Assembly: GCF_006345805.1 (NCBI RefSeq)
Contig: NC_042998.1
Coordinates: 203,794,001-203,858,000 of the forward strand
Reading direction: 5' to 3'
From: Octopus sinensis
Taxonomy: Eukaryota
Length of the DNA stretch: 64,000 bases
The position numbers and the translations under genes are program-made. Shown here piece after piece: positions 12,985 through 25,823 of the stretch. A model generated the notes under the pieces. It made no database searches and was not told where the DNA came from. It saw nothing but the letters and a program-made list of their open reading frames with translations. The stretch's first letter is position 1; every line of letters starts with the position of its first letter.

Positions 12985-13029
12985 GTATGATGATTTATGT
13001 ATGTATGTACACACACACACATAATATAT

Positions 13030-13190
13030 ATACATATACGTCAGGCTTTTTACAGTTTCCGTCTACCAAATCCACTCACAAGGCTTTGGTCGGTTAAGGC
13101 TATATTGTCCAAAGTGCCACGCAGTGGGACTTAACCCAGAACCATGTGATTGGGAAGCAAGCTTCTTACCACACAACCACTGCTGCGCCT
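13030..13190 (-). mobile_element. SINE family A, head half
   Basis: Matches the family A head. Confidence 0.8.
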
Positions 13191-13256
13191 ATATATATAT
13201 ATATCTAATTATATAAACATACATATATACTCACTCACAGGTATTTATATAAATAT

Positions 13257-13485
13257 ATTTCTTTACTACCCACAAGGGGTTAAACACAGAGGGGACAAAC
13301 AAGGACAGACAAACGGATTAAGTTGACTACATCGACCCCAGTGCGTAACTGGTACTTAATTTATCGACCCCGAAAGGATGAAGGGTAAAGTCGACTTCGG
13401 CGGAATTTGAACTCAGAACGTAACGGCAGACGAAATACGGTTACGCATTTCGCCCGGTGTGCTAACGTTTCTGCCAGCTCGCCAA
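13257..13485 (-). mobile_element. SINE family C (core resembling Deu/Nin-domain SINEs)
   Basis: Minus strand GCGAGCTGGCAGAAACGTTAGC...GAGTTCAAATTCCGCCG...TTCATCCTTTCGGGGTCGATAAATTAAGTACCAG; related copies at 20030-20252 and 50860-51360. The domain assignment is from recalled consensus. Confidence 0.75.
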
Positions 13486-14606
13486 ATATATTTATCTCAA
13501 ATCCTTGGGATATCTGATTCTAAATAACCAAACTTACATATATTCTAGATTGGTCATCATTGGGCAGTGAGTAAACCACATTCTCATTGACTGGATCGCG
13601 TCACATGATTATTGGGGGCTGTCGACTGGTAACGGTTGCTAGTGGACAGTGTCCGCTACTGACTGCTCGTAGATAAGGTTGCTACTGCCTGATAGTAGAA
13701 TCGGTCGCTGACGATTGATGGATGCAATGTAGAGTTATCCTATCATGTTCGGACAAAGGATTTCATAAATAGAAGGGATCCTCATCGAGAGTATCATAAA
13801 GGATTATAGAAGGTTTATGCAGGAGATTATGGGAAATATTAAGAGTCAATAATAATAAGAAATAGTTTCGTTGTTGGCAGTAGAATGATAGATTGGGGTG
13901 TTATGGGTTGTTATATGTACAGTAAAAGCTCAAGAGGCGTTTTGAAATTCTCTTTGTCAACGGTATTTTGCTTAAAAACGGTAAAAAATTTAATATTTTA
14001 CTGAAACCACAATAATTAGAATCTATAAACACTTTAGGCCTGCAGAATACCATTAATATGCGCACTTCCCGGTAGGTAAGCCTTGAATAATGACCTGGAT
14101 TTCATTGCTAAACTCCTAGAAGCCTTTACAACGAAATATAAAACACAAATTCTATTTTCAGCTTAAACAAACAGGTTTATCGCGTCCATGTTTGTTTTCA
14201 GTGAAGACTTGAATTAATTTTTTACAAAATAATCTTAAGTTATATTTATATACATATTCCTTCTCCATCCTTAATTATTTTGATAACCATTTTGAATCAG
14301 CGATATATTTTAGTTCAAAATCTCTGTTTGGTTCTTCAGCCATAGAAACCTAAAGTTAGTTTTACCTGATTCTGTGTCATTTATGCTCCTTCTTTTATGT
14401 TTCTTTAATCACACGGCCTTCCAAGCAAGCTTATTAGCATTTGCACAAACGCATCGCTAATTTGCCGCCTTCTTGTTCTTTTAATATTCATTACAATCGA
14501 AATAGGATATACATGCGATATATTTACATATGTACACGTATATACGTGAGCGTAAGCCTATATATATATATATATACACACATAATGTATATATATGTAT
14601 GTATAT

Positions 14607-14650
<44 letters not shown>

Positions 14651-14839
14651 ATAATTAATCAAAGGACATACTAAGTATGTCTACATGCTGGAAATAACAG
14701 TCAAGACTCTATATCGCCTATATTACTGATTCTGTTATTATCATTTTTAAACTGTTACACTAGATAATGATAGAGTCAATGATATTTTTGCAAATTATTT
14801 TCTCCTGAATTATTTGCTCCGTATTGAAAGTATACACAT

Positions 14840-14911
<72 letters not shown>

Positions 14912-15404
14912 ATTATATATATATATATTAATATATATATATATATATTATATATTATAGGCACACTCATGCATACATACATAGACAGACATACAGACAG
15001 ACAGGCAGGCATACACATATACAGCTATTTTTGTTTTAAATCACATACAATGCATTATGTAGCATTAACGTGTGGATCCCTCTATATTAAAGCAGCCATT
15101 TGTACAAAAGGAACCAGCTTTATTTAGAATGGTTGATACCAATAACCCTACAGCCTCATTATTTTCGTTATTCTCATTAATTCCTTGTTTTGGTGCTTAA
15201 CTTCTCCAAGATATTCGAAAATTGTTAGAAATGAAATCTATATTCGTATTCTCAAATCTTTGAATCTTGTAAATGTGCGTACACTTATGTATGCAAATAT
15301 AGGTATCGTATATGTATGAAGATGTATATGGGAAAATGAATCTATTACATTTTCCGTAATTGAACTTTCCATATATAACCTTCTCTCTTTCTCTCTCTCT
15401 CTCT

Positions 15405-15451
<47 letters not shown>

Positions 15452-15452
<1 letters not shown>

Positions 15453-15668
15453 TTATTTTATAGAAGGAGCTTCTACAAGACTAGAACTGTTTCATTCAAA
15501 AGAAATCATCAGGAAGCTAGGTGACAAGAATAGTTTTGGCATTTATACATTTAGGCAGGTTTAAAGGGGTGGTGGTGGGGGACTTTTTGGGGTAGGCATG
15601 GCGCAAACTGATGATTTATTTTGAATGAAACAGTTCTAGTCCTGTAGAAGCTCCTTCTATAAAATAAA
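15452..15668. mobile_element. head-to-head Penelope-like terminal repeats (61-bp inverted repeat)
   Basis: Arms 15452-15512 and 15608-15668 with about 2 mismatches; both contain a CTGATGA...GAAAC core. Confidence 0.7.
15468..15518 (-). ncRNA. type I hammerhead ribozyme with intact core
   Basis: AGCTTC-CTGATGA-TTTCTTTTGAAT-GAAA-CAG-TTCTAGTC-TTGT-A-GAAGCT: stem I 6 bp perfect, stem III 4 bp, stem II 3 bp with a U.U closing pair; predicted cleavage after GUA (15474). Confidence 0.7.
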
Positions 15669-15734
15669 TTAATTTACTCTGCTATGTATTGAGTACCTTA
15701 TTTACTGTGGTTAACCCCGACTCAACCCGGGACC

Positions 15735-15768
<34 letters not shown>

Positions 15769-15771
<3 letters not shown>

Positions 15772-15935
15772 GGTTGGTGGTCAAAAGTCACCTGACAGTA
15801 AATTAAAACCTTTTAATTCCAGGATTTATTTATGTTTAACAACTGAATGAATTTAATAAAAGCATCTAAAAACGAAACATCATGAAAATAGTTCAAACTG
15901 AAGTCCTTCTTGAGTGACACATTCTTCCATTCGAG
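15769..15935 (-). mobile_element. 3' end of a Tc1/mariner-superfamily transposon
   Basis: TA|CAGGGTT TIR-like start; minus strand encodes RMEECVTQEGLQFELFS*, resembling Tc1-type transposase C-termini. Confidence 0.55.
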
Positions 15936-16029
15936 TCAATACAGAATTACGGATAGTATATATTTTTGGGACTTTGATTTCCTGTCGGGTGGCCAACACT
16001 GTATTTTGGTGAGACCTAATGTTTTTATA

Positions 16030-16480
16030 TTGAAATTTCTAGAAGGGCGCGTACCTAACTTCGACATTGAGTATTATACAAAAGCCGGAACTGGCCGCCA
16101 TTTTCTTGTACCAAAAGTACCATCCACTCCATCTAAATTCAGGACCAGGTACTGCAACAGCCAAGGGTTCAAAGGCCCACAGTTCTTCAATGCCTTACTA
16201 CAAAAATTAAGAAATCTGCAAAAGGTGGAAGTAGATGTCTTCAAAGAAGGAACTAGACATCTTCCTCTCCGCAATACTGGAGGAACCAACAGCCTGACAT
16301 GAGACGCAGACGAGGGCAGCGGAGTCAAACTCCCTTACACACCAAATGGAGATACAGCTGGGACAAAGGCACATACAGAAGTGGTGATGTGAAACACCCT
16401 AGACTGTGGAAATCAGAAACACCATGATGGTGCTCCAGCATGATCGCAGCTGCATGGCCGAAACGAGTAAAAGAATAAAA
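16030..16480 (+). mobile_element. CR1-type LINE 3' fragment
   Basis: LEGRVPNF...RYCNSQGFKGPQFFNALLQKLRNLQKVEVDVFK resembles a CR1 ORF2 C-terminus; 3' UTR ends GGTGCTCCAGCATG...GAAACGAGTAAAAGAATAAAA. Confidence 0.75.
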
Positions 16481-16515
16481 ATATATAATTATATCAGAGG
16501 GTAAACGAAGCACCA

Positions 16516-16843
16516 ACTTGCCAGAAAATGGAAGTAAAAACCCCCAACTTAACCAGCAATCTCACTGAAAATATGCAACGGAGACTATTCAAAATGTAAC
16601 GGATTATAACGAAGCGAGATGGGTTTTTCATTTTAGGTAGAGCAAGATCTGCTGAGGAGAATTGAGGCACTAGCCATAATTCGAAATCATGACCATGGTA
16701 TAGCTGTTACCTCATTCTACGGCTTTTTACCTGAGATGGTGTGTTAAATTCCGCTCTTTTGCCCGATTTCTGTTGGTCCATTGCGTATTTTCAGTGAGAT
16801 TGGTGGTTAAGTTGGGGGTTTATACTTCCACTTTCTAGCAAGT
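16516..16843. mobile_element. MITE-like element with about 66-bp TIRs
   Basis: ACTTGCCAGAAAATGGAAGTAAAAACCCCCAACTTAACC... is inverted at 16778-16843; no clear TSD. Confidence 0.65.
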
Positions 16844-16914
16844 CTTGTGTTACGTGTTACCCTCTAATATAATTATGAGTTTATTGTATAGCTATTAATG
16901 ATAATATCGCTTGC

Positions 16915-17205
16915 TGCAACCAGAACCATTTGTCAAGCGGTGGTGGGGGACAAACACACACACACACACATACAAGTGCATACACACGCGAACACACACA
17001 CACATGCACACACTCACAAGCAAACATACACACGTATGCATGCATACGACGGGCTTCTTTCAGTTTCCGTCTCCCCAATTCTCTCAAGATTTTAGTCGGA
17101 CCGAGGCTATAGTAGAAGACATTTGACCATGGTGCCACGCAAGGGAACTGAACCCGGAACCATTGGGTTGGGAAGGATACTTCTAATAAAACAGCCACGC
17201 CTGCG
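16915..17205 (-). mobile_element. SINE family A, partial
   Basis: Matches family A head and body. Confidence 0.75.
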
Positions 17206-17547
17206 CCTGGACTGAGACTTCGAAGTTTCTGTCAACTAAGCCATCGTCGGATTACGATGAATTGAAGCTAATCTTGGCTTTATATAGTTTGTGCTGAATA
17301 AAAATGTTCCTTGGGTGCGTTGGTTTGAATGGAATACTTATAGGCCGGGTTGCTATGGAGAGGCGTTTTGGAAAAACAACTTCGAAGTCACTGTCGAAAA
17401 TATTCTTGTTTAAGAATAATAAATTTGTACTCTACAAAAGTATAGAATAACTCATCAGATTAAATGTAAAATTGCTTTTATTACAACTGAGCATAAAAAC
17501 AAACATTAATTCATATATTAATCTCCTGTTTCATCAAAAGTATTTAA

Positions 17548-18920
17548 ATGATTAAACACACTCACATGCACTCACACATACATACACTCATACATACACA
17601 CATACATTCATACATACATACATACATACATACATACATACATACATACACACATACATACATTCATACATACATACATACATACATACATACATACATA
17701 CACACATACATACATACATACACAATACATACATACACACATACATTCATACATACATACATACATACATACATACATACATACAAACATACATACATAC
17801 ACACATACATACATACATACACAATACATACATACACACATACATTCATACATACATACATACATACATACATTCATACATACATACATACATACATTCA
17901 TACATACATACATACATACATACATACATACATACATACATACATACATACAAACATACATACATACATACATACATACATACATACATACATACATACA
18001 CAATACATACATACATACATACATACATTCATACATACATACATACATACATACATACATACATACATACATACACACATACATACATACATTCATACAT
18101 ACATACATACATACATTCATACATACATTCATACATACATACATACATACATACATACATACATTCATACATACATACATACATACATACATACATACAT
18201 ACATACACACATACATTCATACATTCATACATACATACATACATACATACACACATACATACATACATACATACATACATACATACATACACACATACAT
18301 ACATACATTCATACATACATTCATACATACATACATACATACATACATTCATACATTCATTACATACATACATACATACATACATTCATACATACATACA
18401 CACATACATTCATACATACATACATACATACATACACACATACATACATAGATACATACATACATACATACATACATACATACATACATTCATACATACA
18501 TTCATACATACATTCATACATACATACATACATACATACATACACACATACATACATACATACATACATACATACATACATTCATACATACATACATACA
18601 TACATACATTCATACATACATACATACATACATACATACATACATACATACATACATACATACATACACACATACATACATACATACATACACACATACA
18701 TTCATACATACATACATACATACATACATACACACATACATACATAGATACATACATACATACATACATACATACATACATACATACATTCATACATACA
18801 TTCATACATACATACATACATACATACATACATTCATACATACATACATACATACACACATACATACATACATACATACATACATACATACATACATACA
18901 TACATACATACATACATACA
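17548..18920. repeat. about 1.37-kb imperfect (CATA)n array
   Basis: Direct reading; CATT, CACA and GATA variant units. Confidence 0.97.
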
Positions 18921-19000
18921 TTGTTGTGTGGGACCACAAGCAAAATATATATTCTGTTGTGGAAATCAGCTGCCCTCTGGGCCCTAATGTGGTCACAAGC
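18921..19000 (+). mobile_element. short R4-clade RLE fragment abutting the CATA array
   Basis: Encodes VVWDHKQNIYSVVEISCPLGPNV, matching VVWNRGAKVCIIIEVSCPVDINI in the copy at 57330-57713. Confidence 0.65.
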
Positions 19001-19124
19001 TCAGGAACGAAATTTGCTCAGGGGCTACAAATCCAGGACCCAAAAGTTTTACAATTCAGGTCATGTTTTAGAAAATTACTATTTGTAAATCTCACAACCA
19101 GAGATATTCAGCAACAGTACTTAG

Positions 19125-19396
19125 GAGTAAAGACTGTTTGCCAACATAACATGGCAGTCCTGGTTTAGGACGAATGTTGCTGTAATTTAGCCCCAGGAGA
19201 CATCGTCTCCAGCTGGCTTTAATATACGATCTGTGTCCTTATATTTTCGAACAAACGGGTGCTAGATTCTCTTGTTCGAAAATATAAGGACAAAGATCGT
19301 GTCGTATAGCCAACTGGAGACCAAATCTCCTGGAGATACAGCAACATTCGTCCTAAACCAGGACTGCCACGTTATGATGGCAAACAATCTTTACTC
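19125..19396. mobile_element. fold-back element, about 128-bp arms with 17-nt spacer
   Basis: Arms 19125-19254 and 19272-19396. Confidence 0.8.
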
Positions 19397-19681
19397 GAAG
19401 GTCATTTGTTATTTATTTATCTACGTTTTTTGTTCCTTGAGAAGAAACCTAATTTAAGGAACTTTTCAGTGTTTTCTAAACCCGAGAAAAGTAAGCAGGG
19501 GTGCAAATTTTGATTTTGCACTCCACAAAAATTTTAGTGGGTGCAAGCGCCCTACCCGTACCCCCTTTCCCGTTAGAAAATAAAAGGGGAAGCGGACATT
19601 AATGGACTATAGATAAAGAGCTTGCAAATCAAGGACCGAAGATACATTTTTAAACCTAACATTATCGAAGCAACAACAACA

Positions 19682-20030
19682 GTGGAGGTGCAATGGCCCA
19701 ATGGTTAGGGCAGTGAACTCGCGGTCGGGGGATCTCGGTTTCGATTCCCAGACCGGGCGTTGCGTGTGTTTATTGAGCGAAAACACCTAAAGCTCCACGA
19801 GGCTCCGGCAGGGGGTGGTAACGACCCCTGTTGTACTCTTTCGCCCCAACTTTCTCTCACTCTTTCTTCCTGTTTCGTCTCCCCGACTTCCTATGCAACC
19901 GTTGAGCCTTGATGCGCATTCATCCATCCGTAGATGCTTTCGGTGTCGGGGGGTTGACCTGCTTTCTCTTCTGCGGGTCTTACGAATAGCAAAGGATCAC
20001 GTTTCGGACTTCTCCCACTCGAACACCTAT
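19682..20030 (+). mobile_element. SINE family B head with alternative tail (type 3)
   Basis: GTGGAGGTGCAATGGCCCAATGG... matches family B for about 200 nt, then diverges. Confidence 0.7.
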
Positions 20031-20252
20031 TTCTTTACTACCCACAAGGGGCTAAACACAGAGAGGACAAACAAGGACAGACAAACAGATTAAGTCGATT
20101 ACATCGACGCAGTGCGTAACTGGTACTTAATTTAGCGACCCCGAAAGGATGAAAGGCAAAGTCGACCTCGGCGGAATTTGAACTCAGAACGTAACGGCAG
20201 ACGAAATACCGCTAAACATTTCTGCGAGATAACGTTTCTGCCAGCTCGCCGC
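20030..20252 (-). mobile_element. SINE family C
   Basis: Closely similar to 13257-13485. Confidence 0.85.
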
Positions 20253-20850
20253 CTCGAACACCGTTTTTGCTCAACAAACAAACAAATAAGCAACAAGATC
20301 AATACCAACCCGCCTGGCGTAAAATTGGGATGAACTTGGGACCATGGGGAGAGAAAGTTAATCCTTAATTGATAGGCTACAAAGGATCGCAATATCTGGG
20401 TCTACAAGAAATCTGAATGAGCTTCTTAAGATTTAGAGGATGCTGTTTAAAACAAGATGCTTTTCTTTCCAACCTTGCTACCAAGAAAGTGGCTGGTCAA
20501 AGTGAAAGAGAAAAAGAACATAGAGAAACATACGTGCATACACTCATACACACTCATACACGCACAGACACTCACACCACACACACACACACACACTTAC
20601 ACTCACACTTACGCACACACGCACACGCACACGCACACACACGCACACACACGCACACACACACACAGCAGTAGCTCATTTCGACGCCAGGAACACTTAT
20701 TTTCTAGGTCGGTTACCGGAGAAGTAGTTTGTTTTCAGTAATATTTCGTTAATGAGCTGACGAAACATCTTTTGACCTGCAGAGTTTTGTTTTTTTACGA
20801 TTGTAACCATGGCAACGCATACTCACTGGGAGTTGATTGAAACACACACA

Positions 20851-20881
<31 letters not shown>

Positions 20882-21356
20882 CCACATACGTTCAGAGAAA
20901 TGTACATACATATTTACAGGTAACAGATTTCATGTACAACACCCACATTTCTGAGTTGTTGTGAGGTTATACATGAGTGTGAACGTGTGTTTATGCACAC
21001 ACACACACATACATACACACGCATATATACATATATATCTATATATAAATATATGCATATATATATATGTATGTTTGTGCGTATGTATACGCACTAACAA
21101 ACACATACGTTCGTGCACGCACACACATGTATAAATACATTCACTAGTATACAAGACTGTGCCCCGCCATGGACACAGTCTAATGACTGAAAGAAGGTAA
21201 AGATGAATGATATATATATATATACATACATATTTACACACACATATGTATGTATAAATAAATATATATGTATATATATACATATATATATATGTGTGTG
21301 TGTGTGTGTTGTGTGTGTGTGTGTGTGTGTGTGTTTGTGTGTGTTTGTGTGTGTGT

Positions 21357-21670
21357 GTGGAGGCGCAATGGCCCAGTGGTTAGGGCAGCGGACTCGTGGT
21401 CGGGGGGTCGCGGTTTCGATTCCCAGACCAGGCCTTGTGAGTGTTTATTGAGCGAAAACACCTAAAGCTCCACGAGGCTCCGGCAGGGGATGGTGGTGAT
21501 CCCTGCTGTACTCTTTCGCCACAACTTCCTCTCACTCTTTCTTCTGTTGGCCTGCTCGCTTAGCCAGCGGGGTGGCGTCATTTGAAGGCTAAAACAATGC
21601 GAAGCGCATTGTGACCAGCGACGTGTAGAAACATCTGATAGCCTGGTCGGTCACGGTGATCACGGTGATA
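21357..21670 (+). mobile_element. SINE family B head with alternative tail (type 2)
   Basis: Family B head, then GCCTGCTCGCTTAGCCAGCGG...GTCACGGTGAT; this tail recurs at 44163-44275 and, inverted, at about 46770-46860. Confidence 0.8.
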
Positions 21671-21917
21671 TATATATATATATATATATATATGTAGAAT
21701 ATGGGGGGGGGTTGTTCACTGGTGATCTAAGTGAATAGGTATGCTGTGGTCGTCCGTTAGATTCCAAGTTGGCAGCTGAGGCTGAAGCTACGAATCTACA
21801 TTAAGGCTCCGTGTTAGCAGATGTAATACATTAGAGCGAAAAGGGCAATAAAAGCCAAGGTAGGACGAGTATCTTAGATAATTTGTAATACTTTAATTAG
21901 GGTAAGGTGAATTTGGA

Positions 21918-21993
21918 GTCTTACAACTGTTTCTGGGATAACCCAAGTGATAGGCTAGCATGTCCGTAGACTGGCAATTCCATCATGAGAGAC
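21918..21993 (-). ncRNA. degenerate type I hammerhead ribozyme (G5C)
   Basis: GTCT-CTCATGA-TGGAAT...ATCCCA-GAAAC-AGTT-GTA-AGAC: stem I 4 bp, stem II 5/6 bp, near-palindromic stem III. Confidence 0.45.
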
Positions 21994-22343
21994 AAGGTAT
22001 GCATGAAAGTTCTAGATGGAAATTCACAGTTTATAAGGAATAAAATAAAAGAAGAAAGAGCAATTGTAGAATACAGACAGGTGAATAAAGTTCATAGATC
22101 ATCTTTTTCCAGAGGTTATGGAGGTTGGTCCGTGTTTGTGTGAAGGTATTAGCGATTAGATATAATCTCAGGAAGTACGGACCTTCACAGAAGTACGGAC
22201 TAACCACCATACTCTCAGGAATAAGATGAGCTGTGAACTTCATTCTGCTGTCTGTATTTTTCTGTCTACTTTTACTCTTTATTCCTCTGTTTTATTCCTT
22301 GTAAACTGTGAATTTCCCTGTCTAGAACTTTCATATATATATA

Positions 22344-22870
22344 TCTATATGTATAAAACTGAGAATGTGTGTTTGTCTGTTTGTCTGTGTGTATCCCTAA
22401 AACTTGAGAACTACACAACCAATTTCATTCAAATTTTACACATGCCTTACTTAAGGTCCGGGGAGTGTCATCGGCAAAAATTTTTTAACTTTTTCCCTAG
22501 GGTGACCCCACAGCAATATCATATCTTCTCAACTATTTCAGTATTACGTGTTAAAAGTGAAACAAAAACATCTCTCTATTGTAATGCAGACATTCACTTT
22601 TAATACTGAAACTATTAAAGTGCAAGTGTTATATAACAGGGATGAACCATTAACAGTGGTCATCCATTTTGCTAGAAGAATATCCGCTATGGTCTTATAT
22701 GCTACACCGCTGGTTTTCAATTCATATTTATCAAATTAATATTCAATTTTTCACCCTTATTATGTGTGTGTGTGTATTAGCAATTCGTATAAAATTGCAT
22801 CAATGACTTGAACTTGAATAAGTGGTTTCACATAAATGGGGATAAATTAAAAAGGTTTGTTGTTATTATT
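22344..22870 (+). mobile_element. probable Helitron 5' portion
   Basis: A|TCTATATGTATAAAA start followed by GTCTGT repeats, similar to the 8725 start; no 3' CTAG end seen, so the right boundary is uncertain. Confidence 0.4.
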
Positions 22871-23149
22871 TTTACTGTTTCACTATTGTAATCTCGTTTG
22901 ATGGTTCCTCGTCAGGGAAACGTTGTTGTGTTGCATTTGTTAAATAATTGTAAACCGTAACCCTCTTCCTTTCGGAGAAGGGGCTTTGGTTATTGTTTAA
23001 AAATTGAATTGTGTCCCTGTTTCGGGAAATTGACAATATTTTCACTGTCTTTACGGAAGCATTTTTGTTAAAATGCCTTCGATAGAAGAAAGTCCAAAAA
23101 TGAATTTCGCTGCAGCCGTACACTTCTATACAAGAGGGAGGACAAGATC

Positions 23150-23425
23150 CAATTGATCGAAATTGCAAGAGACGGGCCTACAATTCCAGTCTGTTATATA
23201 TTTTGAGTATTGTTATCACTAGCGATATCAAGATATAACTTGGACTCCACCTGTACTTGCTTGCATGATTCATTCCTGAGAGAGTATGAGACCTTCGGGC
23301 CATTTGACGTTGGGGAAGTGTGAAATCACCCAAACGAAATATGGTCACGTGGTGTTCCAGATTCATGAGGATTCTTTAATACTTGTGAGGCAATCTTCAA
23401 ACTTGCCTATGTGATTTGGAGCATC
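23150..23425 (-). mobile_element. CR1-type LINE AP-endonuclease relic
   Basis: Frameshifted PPDAPNHIGKFEDCL...IFRLGDF...FPNVKWP (GDFN motif region). Confidence 0.55.
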
Positions 23426-23500
23426 CGGTGGGCAATATGTATATATATATATATAATATATAGATATATATATATATTATATATATATATATATAGATAG

Positions 23501-23532
<32 letters not shown>

Positions 23533-23577
23533 AGATAGATAGATAGATAGATAGTAGATAGATTATACATATATACT

Positions 23578-24040
23578 CTCTCCAGCGTCGCCGTGAGCGG
23601 TACATCATTTGTACGATGTGGAGAATATACCGCCAACTTTGCCCAAACGACCTGAACATTAGCTTCAAGGTTCATCTAAGACTGGGACCACGGGCCATAC
23701 GTCCCCTGCCCAATTCAAGATCACAGCATACATGTACACTGCAACATAAGTTCTTTTCCTCAACAGGCCCTGCCCTATTTAACATTGTCTCGAAAGAGAT
23801 CAAAGAGGAAAAAGATCCCATCAACTTTAAACGGAGTCTGGATAGATTCCTTCAAAGAATACCAGATAAGCCACCCATAATTGGATACAACTCACCCAAC
23901 AAAAACTCACTACTTGAATGGACCATAAACAAAACTTGATTTAAACAGGATTCGAATAATCCTATCAGGTGGTGCTATTAAGTTTGACATGGCCTGGACC
24001 AATGTTTGGTCGAAACATATCTAAGTTTTATCTAAGTTTT
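23578..24040 (+). mobile_element. CR1-type LINE 3' fragment
   Basis: QRRRERYIICTMWRIY...STGPALFNIV...FKRSLDRFLQRIPDKP...NSLLEW*, then a 3' UTR and ATCTAAGTTTT repeats. Confidence 0.85.
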
Positions 24041-24043
24041 ATA

Positions 24044-24839
24044 TCTCTTATTATAAAAGGCAGATTTTATCTGCCTCCCTTTGTAACTTATAGAAATCTA
24101 CAATATAGGATTTCTTCAATTACAATTTACCTAGCATTTTTAAGAGTAGAATGCATCGGGTCATGCCAGGTCCAGTTTTTAAAATTTAAACTCCAATTAA
24201 GCAAAATTTACAGAAAACTCACATTCTGGTGTGTATGTCAAATGCTTTTCTTAATGTGGTTTACACCACACGCACACGCACACACACAGTGTGCAACGAA
24301 TAAAATGAAAGTAAATAGCGACAGAGTGATTTGAGGAAGACTAAACTGAAAGTATTTAAACCACTACTCAAAAAATAAAAAAACACAGCACACAGAAACA
24401 AATAAATACATAACGATTTACTCCTCACACAATTTCTTCAATTAGAGTTTACCTAAGATTTTTCAAAGTACTCCATTCAGTCATGCATAACATATTTCTT
24501 TCAATTTCACCCCCAATTAAGACAAAATTCGAGAAAACTCAATATTTTAACATTCACTCCGAAAGCATTGATGTACATGTGTGCGTGCGTGAGTGTGTGT
24601 GTGTGTGGTGTTTGATGGGTTGTGCGACACAGAAAGTGTGGTGTGTAAGTGAAGTGCTTTTGTTAGTGTGTGTAAAGAGACAGACAGAGTGAAAGACAGA
24701 AATAACTGAACTTTTTTTATTCACTTTTTGTAGTGAGTGACTGAGAGAGAAAAGAGAGAGAGAGGTTATGTATGTATATATGTATGTATAGCTTCAGTGA
24801 CACACACACACAAAAACACATACCTACGTACACCTAAAG

Positions 24840-24882
<43 letters not shown>

Positions 24883-25721
24883 GCGGAGCGCGAACTTCAA
24901 AATTTTGGTAGTATTAATTTGCGAGCGTACTTCTAAGCGCGCGTAATTGAAAGTTTTCACTATGATATCATCACGTGCGAAAAAATTCGAAGGGTTTTGA
25001 ACAATTGAGATACACATGTCACGCCTGTATTGAAACCATTGCTAAGCTGCCGTAATTGCTTAATTAAGACTTTGTTTAAATTGAAAGGGGCAAATATGTG
25101 ACGAGGTTGAAAAAAAATACCCCAGAAAAAAAATGTAATGCTGGTATTTATATAATTCACTACTATTTTGCTACAATGTCATGAAAAAGAAAAAAAATTA
25201 GGTATGTAAATCGAATTCGCCACCCCCTTTTCCCCGTTCGCGTTTGTGTAAAAAAAATTATTATTTAAGTTTTAAAAATTATTTACTTTGTTCAAATAAT
25301 ATTAATATTAATTAATTTTCAAGAATTATTTAATTTTATTCTGTAAATATTAATTAATTCATTTATCTGTAAATCCGCGAGGTTGTTACTCAGGCACCTA
25401 GAATGGTAACCTTCAACTAACACTATCTCCTCCGAGACCCTGCGGCGCAAGTTGACCAAAATTGAGAGTATGGTAGAAGAAGGGTTGCTCTTCATTCCGT
25501 AGAACATAAAATTCAAATCGGACCATGTTAACACCAAATTTATTTACATCAAAAAGATGCTTTTTTCTATGAAAATCCCTATTTTTTACGATTTTTTCAC
25601 TGCTGTGTCGCCACTTTTCGGTGTATTTCGACCAGAAAAATGTTCACAAAATTTTTACTTTTCAAAATTACAATTCCAGCGGGTCGAAACAAACCCGAGC
25701 AACGCCGGGCGATACTGCTAG
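24044..25721 (+). mobile_element. complete non-autonomous Helitron, 1678 bp
   Basis: A|TC start; terminal AAACCCGAGCAACGCCGGGCGATACTGCTAG|T identical to the 8725-9123 element; inserted in the CR1 tail. Confidence 0.8.
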
Positions 25722-25791
25722 TATATATATATATATATATATATATCATATATATATATATATACATACATACATTATATACATACATACA

Positions 25792-25823
<32 letters not shown>

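Noticed and set aside
17395-17470. Minus-strand CTGATGAG plus hairpin (related copy near 2190-2250) as a hammerhead
   Set aside because: Both copies lack G12 (CAAAT instead of CGAAA), and no convincing stem I or stem III was found.
17548-18943. Long ORFs (e.g. 399 aa HTYI repeats) here and at 30763-31276, 32956-33789, 43016-43885, 53889-54524 and 59674-60249
   Set aside because: These are translations of stop-free microsatellites; there is no complexity or domain signature.
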